Shown: positions 51,418 through 63,880, numbered from the stretch's first letter. The stretch is DNA of 64,000 bases from Macrostomum lignano (GCA_002269645.1 NIVC01003090.1:56148-120147); one strand, 5' to 3'. Numbers and translations: made by a program. The notes: generated by a model from the sequence alone, not told the origin.

Positions 51418-52119
51418 GAACTCTAGCCTCACAAGGCAAACTAAACCACCAAAGGCTGTACAGCATTAGTTAACGTCAGCTGACCAGCAAGGCAAATTAT
51501 AAGAAAAATAACTTCATTATTTGCATATATTTTGAACAATGCAGATAAATTACAGGGCCAACAAACAAGATATGTAAGGATACTTGAGCCAGCTCAGTTC
51601 GTATTGAATAATTTATGAAAACTATCGACAAAAATACAAGAGTAAGTAGATTACAAACCCTGTACAATAGGATTAGCCGGGGAACAGGTGCGCACTGGGT
51701 TTTCTTGGAATTAATAAATAATTATAAGTTTAAGCTACTTTACAGGTATACAAATGATGCGCTTGGAGTTTTGTAAAACATTAACAAATTAATTTTTATG
51801 AGCACCATGCAAAGTATATGCTGATACAACAAATAGAAATATATAAAATAATTTAATAAGATTACTAACAGCACGCAAACTGGCCATACAGACACGGAAA
51901 ACACCCTAATGCACAACTCGCTACTGATTTTTGTCAGTAGTGCATCATGCTACACTGCTTAAAAAATAACCAAATTATACAGTTGATAAATAGGAAATTT
52001 CATCCCTAATTAAAGATCTAACAAGCAAAAAGTTATTTGCTTTGTTTTAAGAATTTTAATAGATCACATTTTTTATTAACTGGATATAGTTAGATTGGAT
52101 CGCTTGGGGGTAATCAAAA

Positions 52120-52640
52120 AGGGGAAGAAAGGGGAAAGGAGAAGAGAAAGGGAAGACAAGGAGAGAGAAAGAGAGTGAAAGAGAAGGGGAGAAGTGGAAG
52201 GGGAGGAAAGGGGAGGAGAAGGGGAAGAGAAGGGGAAGAGGAGAGAAGGGGAGAGAAGGGGAGAGAAAGGGAAGAGGAGAGAAGGGGAAGAGGAGAGAAT
52301 GGGAAGAGGAGAGAAGGGGAAGAGGAGAGAAGGGGAATAGAAGGGGAGAAGGGGGAGAGAAGGGGAAGAGGAGAGAAGGGGAATAGAAGGGGAGAAGGGG
52401 GAGAGAAAGGGAAGAGGAGAGAAGGGGAAGAGGAGAGAAGGGAAAAAAAGGGAGGAGAAGGGAAGAGGAGAGAAGGGGAATAGAAGGGGAGAAGGGGGAG
52501 GAGAAGGGGAAGACAAGGGGAGAAGGGGAAGAGAAGGGGAAGAAGGGGCAGAGGAGAGAAGGGGAGGAGAAGGAAAACACGGGAAGAGATAGGGAAGAAA
52601 AGGGGTAGAAAAGGAGAAAGAGAAGGGAAGAGAAGGAACT
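52120..52640. repeat. Polypurine (A/G) low-complexity tract downstream of gamma-tubulin
   Basis: Almost purely A/G with loose AGAAGGGGAAGAGG periodicity. Confidence 0.9.
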
Positions 52641-52766
52641 TACCCATGTACTACTCCCAGCTATATTCAGATGTAATCCAATCTAAACAATATAATAATT
52701 ATACAATTGAGAAAAGTCCAGGTGACCAGCTGCAGACACGGAATGGAAGGCAGTTCAGTTAATAGG

Positions 52767-54667
52767 TCAGGCCTGCCTAGCGCCCCAGTGAATATAATCC
52801 TCTGTAGTGGCAGCCCGGTGCTCGTCAATCAGACTCTGCAACACCTCCCGACTATCCGAGAACTCTCGCATCTCCGGATCCTGCTCAAAGATGGCCTCTT
52901 TTAGAAACTGATTCAAAAAGGCGTTGTGCGATTTCAGCCTATCGTACTGTTGCATAATTCGCTTGAATAGCGACGAGATGGAGGTGTGATTGGCCAGCAT
53001 CAGGCCGGACACCCGGTGGGTGCTCTGAACGTAAGGCGATCGTCGGGACAGTGCCACCTGTATGCTGGCCGGGCCCCACGGGATGAAGCTGGCTAGACGG
53101 CGTTCCCGAATCCGTTGCAGACTCTTGTGCACCTCGGTGGGATCCAGTTCGCCTTGGATAATGTTGAGTATGCTCACGTAGCAATGCGGAATGTCTCGCT
53201 CGGCCGGGGCTGACACCATCATGTTCTTGGGCTGCAGCAGGCGGCGCATCACGTCAAACACGGTGGTTCGCCGGATGTTGGTCTGCTCGGAGGACTCCGT
53301 GGTCAGCGGCGTGTAGCCGGTCATAAGGAAGTGCAGGCGAGGCGTTGGCGTCAGCGGGGCAATCAGGCCGACAAGATCGTTGTTCATGTAGGACGGATAG
53401 CGGAGGGTGGCCGTTGAGGCGGACATTACCTGAGGAGTTGGGATTTTGTTTCGGGATAGTCAAATGGGATCGGTAAATAGACTTATTATTCAGTTACTGC
53501 GTAACGCATGATCATGCGACTGCATGACACTGACTGGATGACCCCTAACATCACGTGACTACATAGCCCTAAGATCATGTGACTATATAACCTTGCATGA
53601 CCCTAGAATCATGCGACTATATAACCCTAACTAATAATTGATTACACCTGCCCTAATGGCCAGATGTGCAACCGACAGCTCAGCCGCAGCTATTGCACGG
53701 CGCATCTGAAGGCTGCGTACGGCTGTTCAGTACAAGAACTGGGGGGTCGCCACACACACACCCTCAATTACCCCAGCTAATGCTGGCACCCATTTTACAG
53801 CTGGGTGAACTGAAGCAATGCAGGGCTAAGTGTCTTGTTCAAGGACACAAATTGTTCCAAGTGGGATCGGAAATCGAACCCCCGACCTTCAAGTCGTGAG
53901 ACAAACGCTCTAACCACTAGACTACAACCCCTAATGAATGAATTAACATTACTCTTGTCCTCTACCTTAGACACCAGCTGATTAATCTGAGCAAAACTGG
54001 GCTGCGCCAGATGCAGCCGGTCCGTGGCAATCCGATGCAGGGCCGCATTATCCAGCACAACAACGCAGTCTGCATTCTGAGTTAGCCGACGCAAAGTCAG
54101 CAGGCTATTATACGGCTGCACAACCACGTCGCTAGTCTCCTCCAGAGTTGGAAACACTGAATAGGTTTGAACCAGTTTCTTAGGAAACCGATCGTTCAAC
54201 CGTTCCAAGATGTACGAGCCCATGCCGGAGCCCGTGCCGCCGGCGATACTGTGACACATGACGAAGCCTTCTAGACTGTCGCTGCCCTCCGCTTCCCGTT
54301 CGATAATGTCGAATACGCCTTCTTGAAGTTTTTCACCCTGGCAATAGCCGCTAGCCCAATTGTTCCCAGCTCCGCCGCCGTGCTCAGACTTAAAGATATT
54401 CTCTCTGTTATAGAGATTGCAATACGGCGAGTTCATAATGCTATTGATAACGCGCGGCTCCAGGTCGATGAGTACAGCTCTCGGCACATAGTGCTCATCG
54501 TCAGCCTGATAGAAGAATACGTCTTTGCGATCTGAGCCACTGGTAGCAAATTCTTCCAGCACACCCTGAGGCGAGATGCCGTGCTCTGAGCACAGCTGGC
54601 GCCAGAACTCCATGCCTATTTGGTTGCCGCATTGGCCCAATTGTAAGGTGATTAGATCGCGGGGCAT
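52767..54667 (-). CDS. TUBG1: Gamma-tubulin, 2 exons (54667-53966, 53429-52767), 454 aa
   Basis: [57 protein letters not shown], the tubulin signature [11 protein letters not shown] and [20 protein letters not shown] phase-0 intron (53965-53430) joins [17 protein letters not shown]. Confidence 0.97.
53640..53931 (-). mobile_element. tRNA-derived SINE with a CORE-like central domain, in the gamma-tubulin intron
   Basis: The minus-strand head GGGGTTGTAGTCTAGTGGTTAGAGCG...GGTTCGATTTCC contains A- and B-box matches. It is followed by TGTGTCCTTGAACAAGACACTTAGCCCTGCATTGCTTCAGTTCACCCAGCTGTAAAATGGG, which resembles the CORE consensus. The 3' boundary is approximate. Confidence 0.7.
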
Positions 54668-56281
54668 GACTGCTGTTGGCTGTTGAAGTTACTGCACAAC
54701 TGCGGGAGAGGTAAACAGGTACTCCTAGAATGCATAGACAAGGTTAATTTAACTAGCAACTTTTAATCGATAACCAATAAGCAAAACTTATTGAGAGATT
54801 ACGGGAGTCGAAGTTATAATGGAACCCAAGTATCAATGTATTATGCCAAATTTGGTGCCGGCAGTCAAACGGATTTGCCAAAGAATCAAGATATAGACTA
54901 GACGACTAAGAATGAATTCACAAGCTGTATGCAAGAAGCGTCTCTGGTTAACGAATGGCGAGAGTTAATAAACAAAATCGCCAAATTTCAAATCCAAATG
55001 AAGTTAAATGACGACTTGCTGAATCATCCACACCATAACACGAAGACCTTCCAAGCACCTTAAACCACAAATCAACATGCTAAAATCCGCACCAGTCCAG
55101 CGCTTGTGAAAAATATCTGCCAAAGTACAAGAGTTCACAGGATTTTTTTAAAAACCTGATTCAGCTATTTCTTCATTCGGGTTTTCATCGTTGAAATGAC
55201 TTGCAATATTAAGTCGGTGGCACATTAGTCAATATCTATCTTTTCGGAGTCGATGGCGTTAACTTAGATCAGCTGTGACAGAATTTTAAAGAAAATTTAT
55301 AACATTCGATTTCGGTCGGCAAGATTGCAACAAAGTGTCGTCCTTGTAGTGGTTGATTCAGTAGTTCGAACTACAGTAGCAACAGTAACGGGTTATTCTG
55401 AAAGAGGTTCGATGACCACTGCTACCGTACCTCTGTTGATAGGATTTATTATTTACAAACACGAATGGGGGAATATTCGTAGGGTAACTTATTGACTATC
55501 TATGAATTTAGAAAGAAAGCAAAATAAATAAAAACGAAGACAATAACAACTCGGCAAAATTCAATGTTATAATGTTTAACAAGATGGTAACCAAATAAGA
55601 ACTAGATTAAACCTGCCAAGCAATATAGATAGAAAAACGCAGTCACAAACTCATTGATAATGAATACGACGTACTCTTACATGCCAAGTGCACCTTCCTT
55701 TGCAGATTTTCGCGAAGTGAATCATTCCCGACAATTATTATTCGACTTAAATACACGTCGGATACAAGCTTGAATAAACAATATCGAAATACATTCCTAC
55801 GAGGATACTATTTAACTAGCCGAATTTTTTGATGATTATTATTTCACAACACAAAGAGTATGAAGTATCATCGCATTATATTTGCAATGCATACGAGTAA
55901 GCACAAGACGTCTCTTCAACACAAAGCTTAGGTACTTTCCAAGATTAGCCAAGATCAAGGGTTACCAGTAAGTCTAAGTAGCAGCAATCCATTCCACTAG
56001 CAGCAATAGGATGCACAGTGGAACTACTGTACTAGTGAGTACTTTAAATGTAGCCTGAGCCACCAACTGCCTCGAACTTCCAAAATATTCCGTAGACTAC
56101 CTCTATCAACTGAGACGGACCCAGGAACGCCAAAGCTACAAGATTGGTGCACAAAGCCGTAACTAAACCAGTGCAAGAGGTCAGATTATTTGTCAAACTG
56201 AGAAATTTATACACTCGTACTATGCGAACAACAACCATACTGCTTGTGGCCGATTCATAAGTTTTGCTACTCTGATTCGTA

Positions 56282-57549
56282 CGAGGAGGAACGATCAAAA
56301 AGTCCTGTCACCGCTTAATTTTTCTGCACATCAGACTTCTCTTAAATTGATTTTAGTCGTTACTATAGACGCATGTCTCCTACTTAAACATAATTTTAAA
56401 AGCCACTCTTGCCTAGCTCGAGAATCTGTTGCATTTTTCTTCACCGACCCTGAGCGACTGTCAGTTTCAAGCGAAGCCATACGTGCCGTCATCCATTATG
56501 AGTGGAGGCGTGGCACAGCAGCAAAGGAAATTGAAGCCCGTTTGCGTGAGCAACATGGGGAGTCTGCATCGTCATATCGCACTATCATCCACTGGATGCA
56601 CAGTTTCGAAGGAAGCAAGTGACTTCGAAGACGAACTTAGCAGGGGCAGACCCAGCACTTCCAGCAGCCAGAGTGTCATCGACAACGTTCAGAGCCTCCT
56701 TGACAAAGACAAAAATAGACGGGTGACTATTTCTGAAAAAGCAGATGCCTGTGACATCAGTTATGGCAGCGTGCAGTCCATCCTGACGGTCCAGCTGGGA
56801 ATGTCCAGGGCTTGTGCCAAAAATTTTAACTTTGGAGATACAGCACAATCAGATGCAGGCTTTTTAGCACCTGTTGCACCTGATCTAGTACCGCCAAGAG
56901 GAGTTTCTCGACAATCATGATAGGGGATGAGTCGATGTTCTTCCTGTACGAGCCGGAAACCAAAGTCCAAAGCAAGCAGTAGAAGCGCCCCGATGAGCCC
57001 CCACCGCTGAAGGCCACGACGGTGTCATCGATGAAGCGGATTGGCACCATCGTCTGGGATCGGCAAGGAGTGCTGCTGATCAAGTGGCTGTCTGAGAAGC
57101 GGACGGTCACAGGAGATGCTACGTTGCCGCTTGACACATTGCGCCAGCTGAAGGAGGCAATCAAGGAAAATAAGGCGTTGCAAGGTCACCAGGGGCATCC
57201 GGCTGCCCCATGAAAACGCCTCAGCGCACAACTGTCACAAGATGCAGGCTGCAATCCGCGAGCTGGTGTTCGAGCAGCTCCCTCTCCCTGATCATTCGTC
57301 AGACCTGGCCATCGGACTTGTGAGGACGCTACTGAGCTCCTGTGACTGCACTGGCATCCTTGGTGAACCAGTGGTGAAAACACCAGGGTGAAGACTGGTA
57401 CTCTGCGGGCATTTAGAAGCTACCAGAGCGCTGGGCCAAGTGTGTCACTGCGTGGTAACTTTGTTGAGAAAGTACAGGAAAATTACCAGTTTTATTGTTC
57501 TCTTTTGTTTCTAGTTTGGAAAGTGACAGAACTTTCTGATTGTCTCTCG
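56282..57549 (+). mobile_element. Decayed mariner (Tc1/mariner) element, 1268 bp
   Basis: TA at both ends (56280-81, 57550-51) and imperfect TIRs CGAG...ATCA(A/G)AAAGT(C/T)CTGTCAC. Transposase fragments are RAVIHYEWRRG...EARLREQHGE, FEDELSRGRPS, ISYGSVQSILTVQLGM, IMIGDESMF, IVWDRQGV, HENASAH (HDNA-like) and HSSDLA (YSPDLA-like). Stops and frameshifts are present. Confidence 0.9.
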
Positions 57550-58131
57550 TATTTTAGGGCGTTTTTTTAGCTTTGTTGATCAAAAGCTTTCTTTTGGCAG
57601 TATCTATACCAAGGCGGTTGATCCCTCCTGAGCAGCGCAGGCAGATGAATTCTTGAACCTTTCAGAAGTGACAAAATGTCAATAACACCAGTCCATGCAA
57701 AGTCCTACCGATGATGAACGAGATGAATTTCTCGTTTATTATCAGTCTCAAGGACTTTTTAGACTCGACATGATAATAGTTTTGTTTTAAAGATGTGGAA
57801 TGCGATTCGGCATGCCCTTTTTAATTTCCACGTGCCAATGGCTTTTCGTTCAGGCACAATAGCAAAAAGTATAAGTTGATAGAGTAGCCAAGTCTTGACT
57901 TCAAGACAGCAGTGCCAAATGAAAACCCGTCAATTTAATTCACCAGCTAAACAGCTGGTGAGCTAGTTATGAATTATTAGTGCAAGATTACTGGGGATGC
58001 GTAAAAGCGTACAGTTAACAAAAAAACACTGGGAGAATTGAGGGCAAACAAATACGAAAATTATTTAACTAATTTGTATGGACCTTCAGTGCAGAAACAG
58101 TTTAATAAAGATGGAAATCACGCGAGTAAAC

Positions 58132-59811
58132 TCAGCGCGATACCAGCTTCATCATAGTGGCACCGATTTTTGCCAATTCCATCGTATGCTTCTCCGAGGC
58201 GCGATGGGCCACCAGCTGGTCGCGACGGACTTTCATCCGACAGCTTTCACAGAAGACAAAGTCATCAGCGGCCGAATCCGACTTACTAACCGCAGAAGCG
58301 ATAGCGGCCGCGTGCTTCCGGCCATTAAAATGCTCATTAGAGCTTGTCTCGCTATTGAAATGCTTATTGCATAGCGAGCAATGGGCCACGAATTTCGCTT
58401 GCGGCCTATCAAGTGACCGTTTCGAAGGTGGTGGCTTGAAAGCCGCAGGTCCATTGGCTGGACGCTTTTTAGCCGCGGCTTGGTTCGAGCCAAGCAGAGA
58501 GTTACCAGACGCTTTCGATTTTGAATCCGGTTGCATCTTTGCATGCTTAAGCTTGAACTTCTGCTTATATACCGGTTTCTTTTTAAAATCCTTTGACGAC
58601 GCAGGGACTGGCGGCGCACGCGGCGGAGAAGACTTTGGCCGACGACCTATGGGCTTCTTGGAGCCTGAGGTGGACGTTTTACGTTCCTTGTCAGGTCGAG
58701 AGCCAAACAAAGAATTGTTGGAGCCTGAACCACCGATGGCAGAGTCCATCCCAACTTCAGCAACAGGCATATCGAATCGATTGGCTCGAGCAATGCCAGA
58801 GTGCCAGTCAGCCCTCGGTGGCGGGTGGAAAGTAGAAGCGGCGGAAACAGGAGCAGCAGTTCCAGCAGCGGTAGCTGAGCTGGCATAGCTACCGGTAGCT
58901 TGTGAAGGCAGATCCGTAGCTGCCAAATGAACAGAAGAAGTAATGTGCCTAGAGAGCTGCGTTTCATTTTCAAACGCCATGCAGCAGGTGTGACAAAAAT
59001 GCAACAGAAACTGCATAAGACGGTGGTCCGTAACAACTCCATAAACCCTGAGGCACTCTTCGCGGCAAATAAGCATTTTATGATTGCTCCTGTGCTCAGA
59101 GCTTTCCTGCTTATGCATCTGAAGCTCAGCAGAGCTTGGAAAGCTTAGATCGCATAAAGCGCATCTAAACTGCTGCCGTATATCATAATCCTGGATCTGC
59201 TGATATGCGAGTTGCCGATGTGTCATCAGTTCCAGCTGCATTCGCTCTTCTTGCTCCTTTCGCATTTGCTCCTGTTGCTGACGAAGCTGCCTTTGCTGTT
59301 CTTCAATCTGCTTTTTCTGCTGTTGCAGCTCTCTTTTTTGCTGCTCCATCTTTTGTTGCTCCAACAGTTGCTGCTTTTGCAATTTCTGTTGCTGCTGCTG
59401 CTGTTGCTGTCTCATCTTCTGCTCCATCTGCTGCTGTTTCCGTTGCTGTTCAACTTGCTGCTGCATTTTCTGCTGCAAGAATTTCTCCTGCTGCTGCCTT
59501 TCCTGTTGGTGTTTTTGCTGAAATTTCTGCTGCTGCTTCGACTGCTGTACACCTTGTTGCTTTTGTTGGGAAGATGGCTGGGGAAGCAAAGACCTGTTCT
59601 GCTGCCGCCAACTAGCGGCCGCAGCGGTGGAAGAAGCGCCAGAGCCGGCAGACTTTAGATCATCGGGCCACCAAGGTGGCAGGGCCCGACGAGTGACGGC
59701 TTCAGGATTGATAGCATGGCCATAGGGGCCATAGGCTTCAAAATCATCATTCTGAGGTGCAGCGCCACTGTTACCAGAGTCAGACAAGAAATAGTTTGAT
59801 TTGCCAAACAT
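58132..59811 (-). CDS. Gln-rich protein with four widely spaced C2H2 (matrin/U1/JAZ-type) zinc fingers, about 559 aa in one coding exon
   Basis: The fingers are CALC..ELQMHKQESSEH, CHTC..QLSRHITSSVH, CSLC..SNEHFNGRKH and CESC..LVAHRASEKH. The ORF-track start at 59892 lies in pyrimidine-rich acceptor sequence. TTTACAG|ATG places the likely start or exon edge at 59811. Confidence 0.8.
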   Translation of the reverse strand: MFGKSNYFLSDSGNSGAAPQNDDFEAYGPYGHAINPEAVTRRALPPWWPDDLKSAGSGASSTAAAASWRQQNRSLLPQPSSQQKQQGVQQSKQQQKFQQKHQQERQQQEKFLQQKMQQQVEQQRKQQQMEQKMRQQQQQQQQKLQKQQLLEQQKMEQQKRELQQQKKQIEEQQRQLRQQQEQMRKEQEERMQLELMTHRQLAYQQIQDYDIRQQFRCALCDLSFPSSAELQMHKQESSEHRSNHKMLICREECLRVYGVVTDHRLMQFLLHFCHTCCMAFENETQLSRHITSSVHLAATDLPSQATGSYASSATAAGTAAPVSAASTFHPPPRADWHSGIARANRFDMPVAEVGMDSAIGGSGSNNSLFGSRPDKERKTSTSGSKKPIGRRPKSSPPRAPPVPASSKDFKKKPVYKQKFKLKHAKMQPDSKSKASGNSLLGSNQAAAKKRPANGPAAFKPPPSKRSLDRPQAKFVAHCSLCNKHFNSETSSNEHFNGRKHAAAIASAVSKSDSAADDFVFCESCRMKVRRDQLVAHRASEKHTMELAKIGATMMKLVSR

Positions 59812-62749
59812 CTGTAAAGACAGCAAAAAATGCATTAAAGATGACCTAGTAGAGCACCAGCACAAAATTTGTTTGTATTTAGGTGATGACAAATAAGAGA
59901 AATATATTTGGTAAAAGGAATCAAAAGTAAGTCCTAATTGATAGCATTGCTAAAATGTGATATTGCTAAAAAGCCTAAATTATAGGGTACAAAATTATTA
60001 ATAGATAAAAATACATGTACAGATAAATAAAAAACTATTTGAACACATAAAACTCCAAGTTTTTTCTGCTTAGCTACATTGATAAATAGATATCTTATTT
60101 GTCTTTAATTTAAATTTAAATTTTTAAATTAAGTAAAGTTTATAAATTGAACTAAAAGTAGTTGAATAAATTAGTCTAAAATGATCTAAATTAATTAGCC
60201 TAAATCAGTCTAAAAGTATGGTACAAATAGCTTTTGCAACTTAGACTGGATTTAGATTGCATCATCATATAATGCCTTTTTGATTTTAGATAGTTAAAAA
60301 TATTGACTTACTGAAAAATTTATTATGGCAATTAAAAATTATTTATGACTTTATTTAACTGACTTGACATAAGAAAAAATTTATAAATCCTATAATTAAT
60401 GTCCTTAATTGATTAGGAGCTAGTTTAGATATGAAATGGCTATACTGGTAATGTTTGTCTTTTAAATATATATGTCACCGTCTAATTTTGATTTATTCAT
60501 TATAGTACCTTGATTGAACAAAGATATATTTAAATAGTTGTAGACTTGCTTTGTATATTGCATTGCAGTCTGCATTATAAAGCTGTACTTTTAAAATATT
60601 TGAGTTGAATAATATTTGTTGTCTAGTGATACATTAGGCAATTATTTTAATAACTAATAATAATCCCAGTTATCTAGTCAATGGTATATAAGTATAGGTT
60701 TTGTAAGTTGACTCTAAATTTTTCAATAATTATAGCTTGTATATAAGTTTATATTTTTTAGATTGTAAATCATTTGCACATCTTATAAAAATTGGTTTTG
60801 TATAGCAAACTCAATAATAAAAACAAAAAAGGCAATATAATTCATTTTTTTTATTGAAATTTAAGATAAAAATCATTTTTTTATATTTGATATTTAGGAA
60901 TATTATATTAACTTAATATTAACTTAAGCTCAAAAAGTGGAGTCCCTAATTATCCCCTTGCTTATTCTCACTTATTTCAAGTCCAACCTTTGTCACCTTT
61001 TTGCCAAACTTACCTTTTTGGTATAACTATGAGTGGAATGGCATATCATTTGTATACATAGGTTACTTGGGCTTCACTATATGAGCTTAAGTTGATAGGC
61101 CCTTGGTTAAGAAAATATTTTATATGATTATATATATAATATATATCAAATCATAAGGCATATTTAGCAGTATTATACATTTGTATTTACTATAACAGAT
61201 ATTGAAACAAATACTGTATAATAGTTTTATATATAGGCATCAAACAATATCTTGATCACAATCTCAATTGTCAAATTTGTGACTATGACTATTGGTGACT
61301 GATATTATTATATTTATTTTTTATATATATCAAGTTATTAAGAAGCTCAATATTATTTAAAAATTGTTTTTCCTTCTATTATCATTGTATACATTTAACA
61401 AAAATTAATATTAGCAATAATAAATAGAATAATGTAAAAAGGCCTACTAGATGCTAATTAGGCTTAATTTTAAACCTTAATCAAATCTTGAAATCATAGG
61501 TCTTAGTCTCAAAAATCTTAAAAATGTAATATTGTCTAACCTTTATTTATATGGCATTGTTACATTGCCTAATTTTATTTGAACTTCACTTTAATATACT
61601 AAAAATTGTAGCATTCTTTTGGATAATAATCATTGTTTAATATACCAGTTTTAATAGATGATTACAGTTGATGTTTGTCTTTGTTTTATCAAATTATTAC
61701 ATACCTATTAAAAACCACAATTTTTAATATCAGTTAAATAGTCAGTTTATACATAATCTATTTGGAAAGCAATCAATTACTATGCAACATTTAAAAAAGA
61801 ATGATCATGTTCAAAAACTACAAAAGAAATGTTTTCAAAAATTGAAACTTAATAAAATGGATATATAAAATAGGAAATGAAAGCACTATACTTTTGGTTA
61901 ACAACACAACAACTAAACACAGAGCAGAGCATGTTTGGTGATAAAGAATGACCATTAGCATAGTTTAGGCTTTGACTAGGCCTATATGTTCAGTTGTTTT
62001 AGAATTTATAAACAGCTATGTAAAAATATAAAACTAGAAGTTTGACACATTGCTTTTTGCAGCTTTGTTCTATCTATTACTGTTCAACAGTTACAACTAT
62101 GTATAACAGTTACAACTACAAGTGCTTAAAATTCAAAAACATGATAGGACCCTCTCGTGGAATGACCCATAGATGTGTGTTTGTAAATTTGTTAAAATAT
62201 ACAAACATTTAAAATGTACATGTAGACTTTTTTTGGCATTTGATTAGTCAAGTAGGCCTATTAAAAACAAAAAACTTTGTTTTACAGAAAATTTTAAGGC
62301 AGTTTTTTCTAAAAATATACTAAATGGCAAGTTATCATTTTAGCAAATAAATTTTTATTGCTTTTGATACAGAAGGCAGACTTATGTTTATATTTTCTAT
62401 GTTCTACTTTTCATTAAGTTCTATTGATATTCATGAACATATATGCCCAACCTCAAAATTTCACCTGTCTAGTGTGACTTATTTTTATCTAGATTTGCAA
62501 CTTAGTTCCTTTCATACATGCCTAACACCATCTGACCCATCTAAACTAGACAGGTGAAATGGCACCAGGCAAAGTAAGTTGCAAAATCAAAAACGCAAAA
62601 AAAAACAAAAAATTGGGGGAAAAAAGAAAGGAGAGGAAGAGAAAAAAAGAAAGGAGGGAGAAGAGAGGGGAAGATGAAAGAGAAAAAGAAAGAGAAGAAA
62701 AGTGAAAAGGCAAGACAAGTCATATACAAAGTGAAAATTAATTTGCAAT

Positions 62750-63200
62750 TGGAGAACTAAGTTGCAATTAAGAGGAACTAAGTTGCAATAATCAAGAGGA
62801 ACTAAGTTGCAATTGAGAGAAACTAAGTTGCAATTAAGAGGAACCAAGTTGCAATAAGGAGAAGCTAAGTTGCAATTGAGAGGAAATAAGTTGCAATGGG
62901 AAGGAACTAAGTCATAATTAGGAAGAACTAAGTTGCAATTGGGAGGAACTAAGTTGCAATTAGGAGGAACTAAGTTGCAATTGGGAGGAACTAAGTTGCA
63001 ATCAGAAGGAACTAATTTGCAATCAAGAGGAACTAGCTTGTAAGTGGCTATTGGGAGGAACTAAGTTGCAATCGAGAGGAACTAAGTTGCAATCAGAAGG
63101 AACTAAGTTGCAATTGGGAGGAACTAAGTCGCAATCAGGAGGAACTAAGTTGCAATTGGGAGGAACTAAGTCGCAATTAGGAGGAACTAAGTTGCAATTG
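62750..63200. repeat. 21-bp array (GAGGAACTAAGTTGCAATTGG)n
   Basis: Period of 21 (62943 and 62964). Confidence 0.93.
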
Positions 63201-63880
63201 GGAGATTTTTTGCCTGTTGTTTAGGCATTGCAGTAGTTTATCTAGGTGTTGTATATATGACCAATTTTCAAAGGCATGATACATAGAAGGCTCCAATTTA
63301 TGTGCAGCCCAATGGTGTTGGAAGAAATAGTTTCTTGCCCATGGTTTCAGCAAACTTGTAAGTCCAACTTGACTTCCTATCATCACAGATGCTTTATCTG
63401 TTGTAATGCCCGCATAGTCTTGCAAAACAACTGTCACAATAATATCTTGAGTAAATAAATCTTTTAGCATATCATGCTTTGTCTTGTTTCTGTGACTGAC
63501 AGTTGCTTAAATCTATAGAAGTACATTATTGGTTTGCTCTTCTCAAGCATCCAGAAATATATCATTAGTTAACTACTAGCTAATTAGAGCTGGCTGCCAG
63601 CATCCAGAATAATTTTATTGCTCCCTTCTTAAAGTGGGGCCCAGTGAGTTTTCTTATCAGTTGGCTCTGGCACAATCATTAAAATTGGCTGTGAAGTTCT
63701 CGCTGATAAAATTTGCATTGAAAAAGCCCATTTAAAACAGTTTTTTGAATATTTAATCCCTTTAACATTGAAGCAGATACAAGAAAATTTAACCGTCTTC
63801 TTTCCAGACAATTTTGCATATTTTGGCGAAAATGCGATCAAAATTGGTCAAGAATTGCAATCTCTAGACTGTTATGGACA
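63200..63880 (-). pseudogene. Fossil hAT-family (ZNF862/DUF4371-like) transposase fragment
   Basis: ITTDKASVMIGSQVGLTSLLK...HHWAAHKLEP resembles the TDGAxVMxG..SG...L....HCxAHRLEL signature. The frames are broken and the fragment is cut by the 21-bp array. Confidence 0.6.

Noticed and set aside
53860-53931. A functional tRNA gene
   Set aside because: It has A/B boxes but no convincing acceptor-stem pairing, and it runs directly into a CORE-like SINE body.
56282-57549. Mariner as an active, autonomous element
   Set aside because: It has multiple stops and frameshifts, altered catalytic motifs (HENA, HSSDLA) and diverged TIRs.
59812-59892. ORF-track N-terminal extension of the ZnF protein (MSSPKYKQILCWC...)
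   Set aside because: It reads as a pyrimidine-rich acceptor region ending TTTACAG immediately before the ATG at 59811. The same applies to the TTG start at 32801 for the LIM gene.
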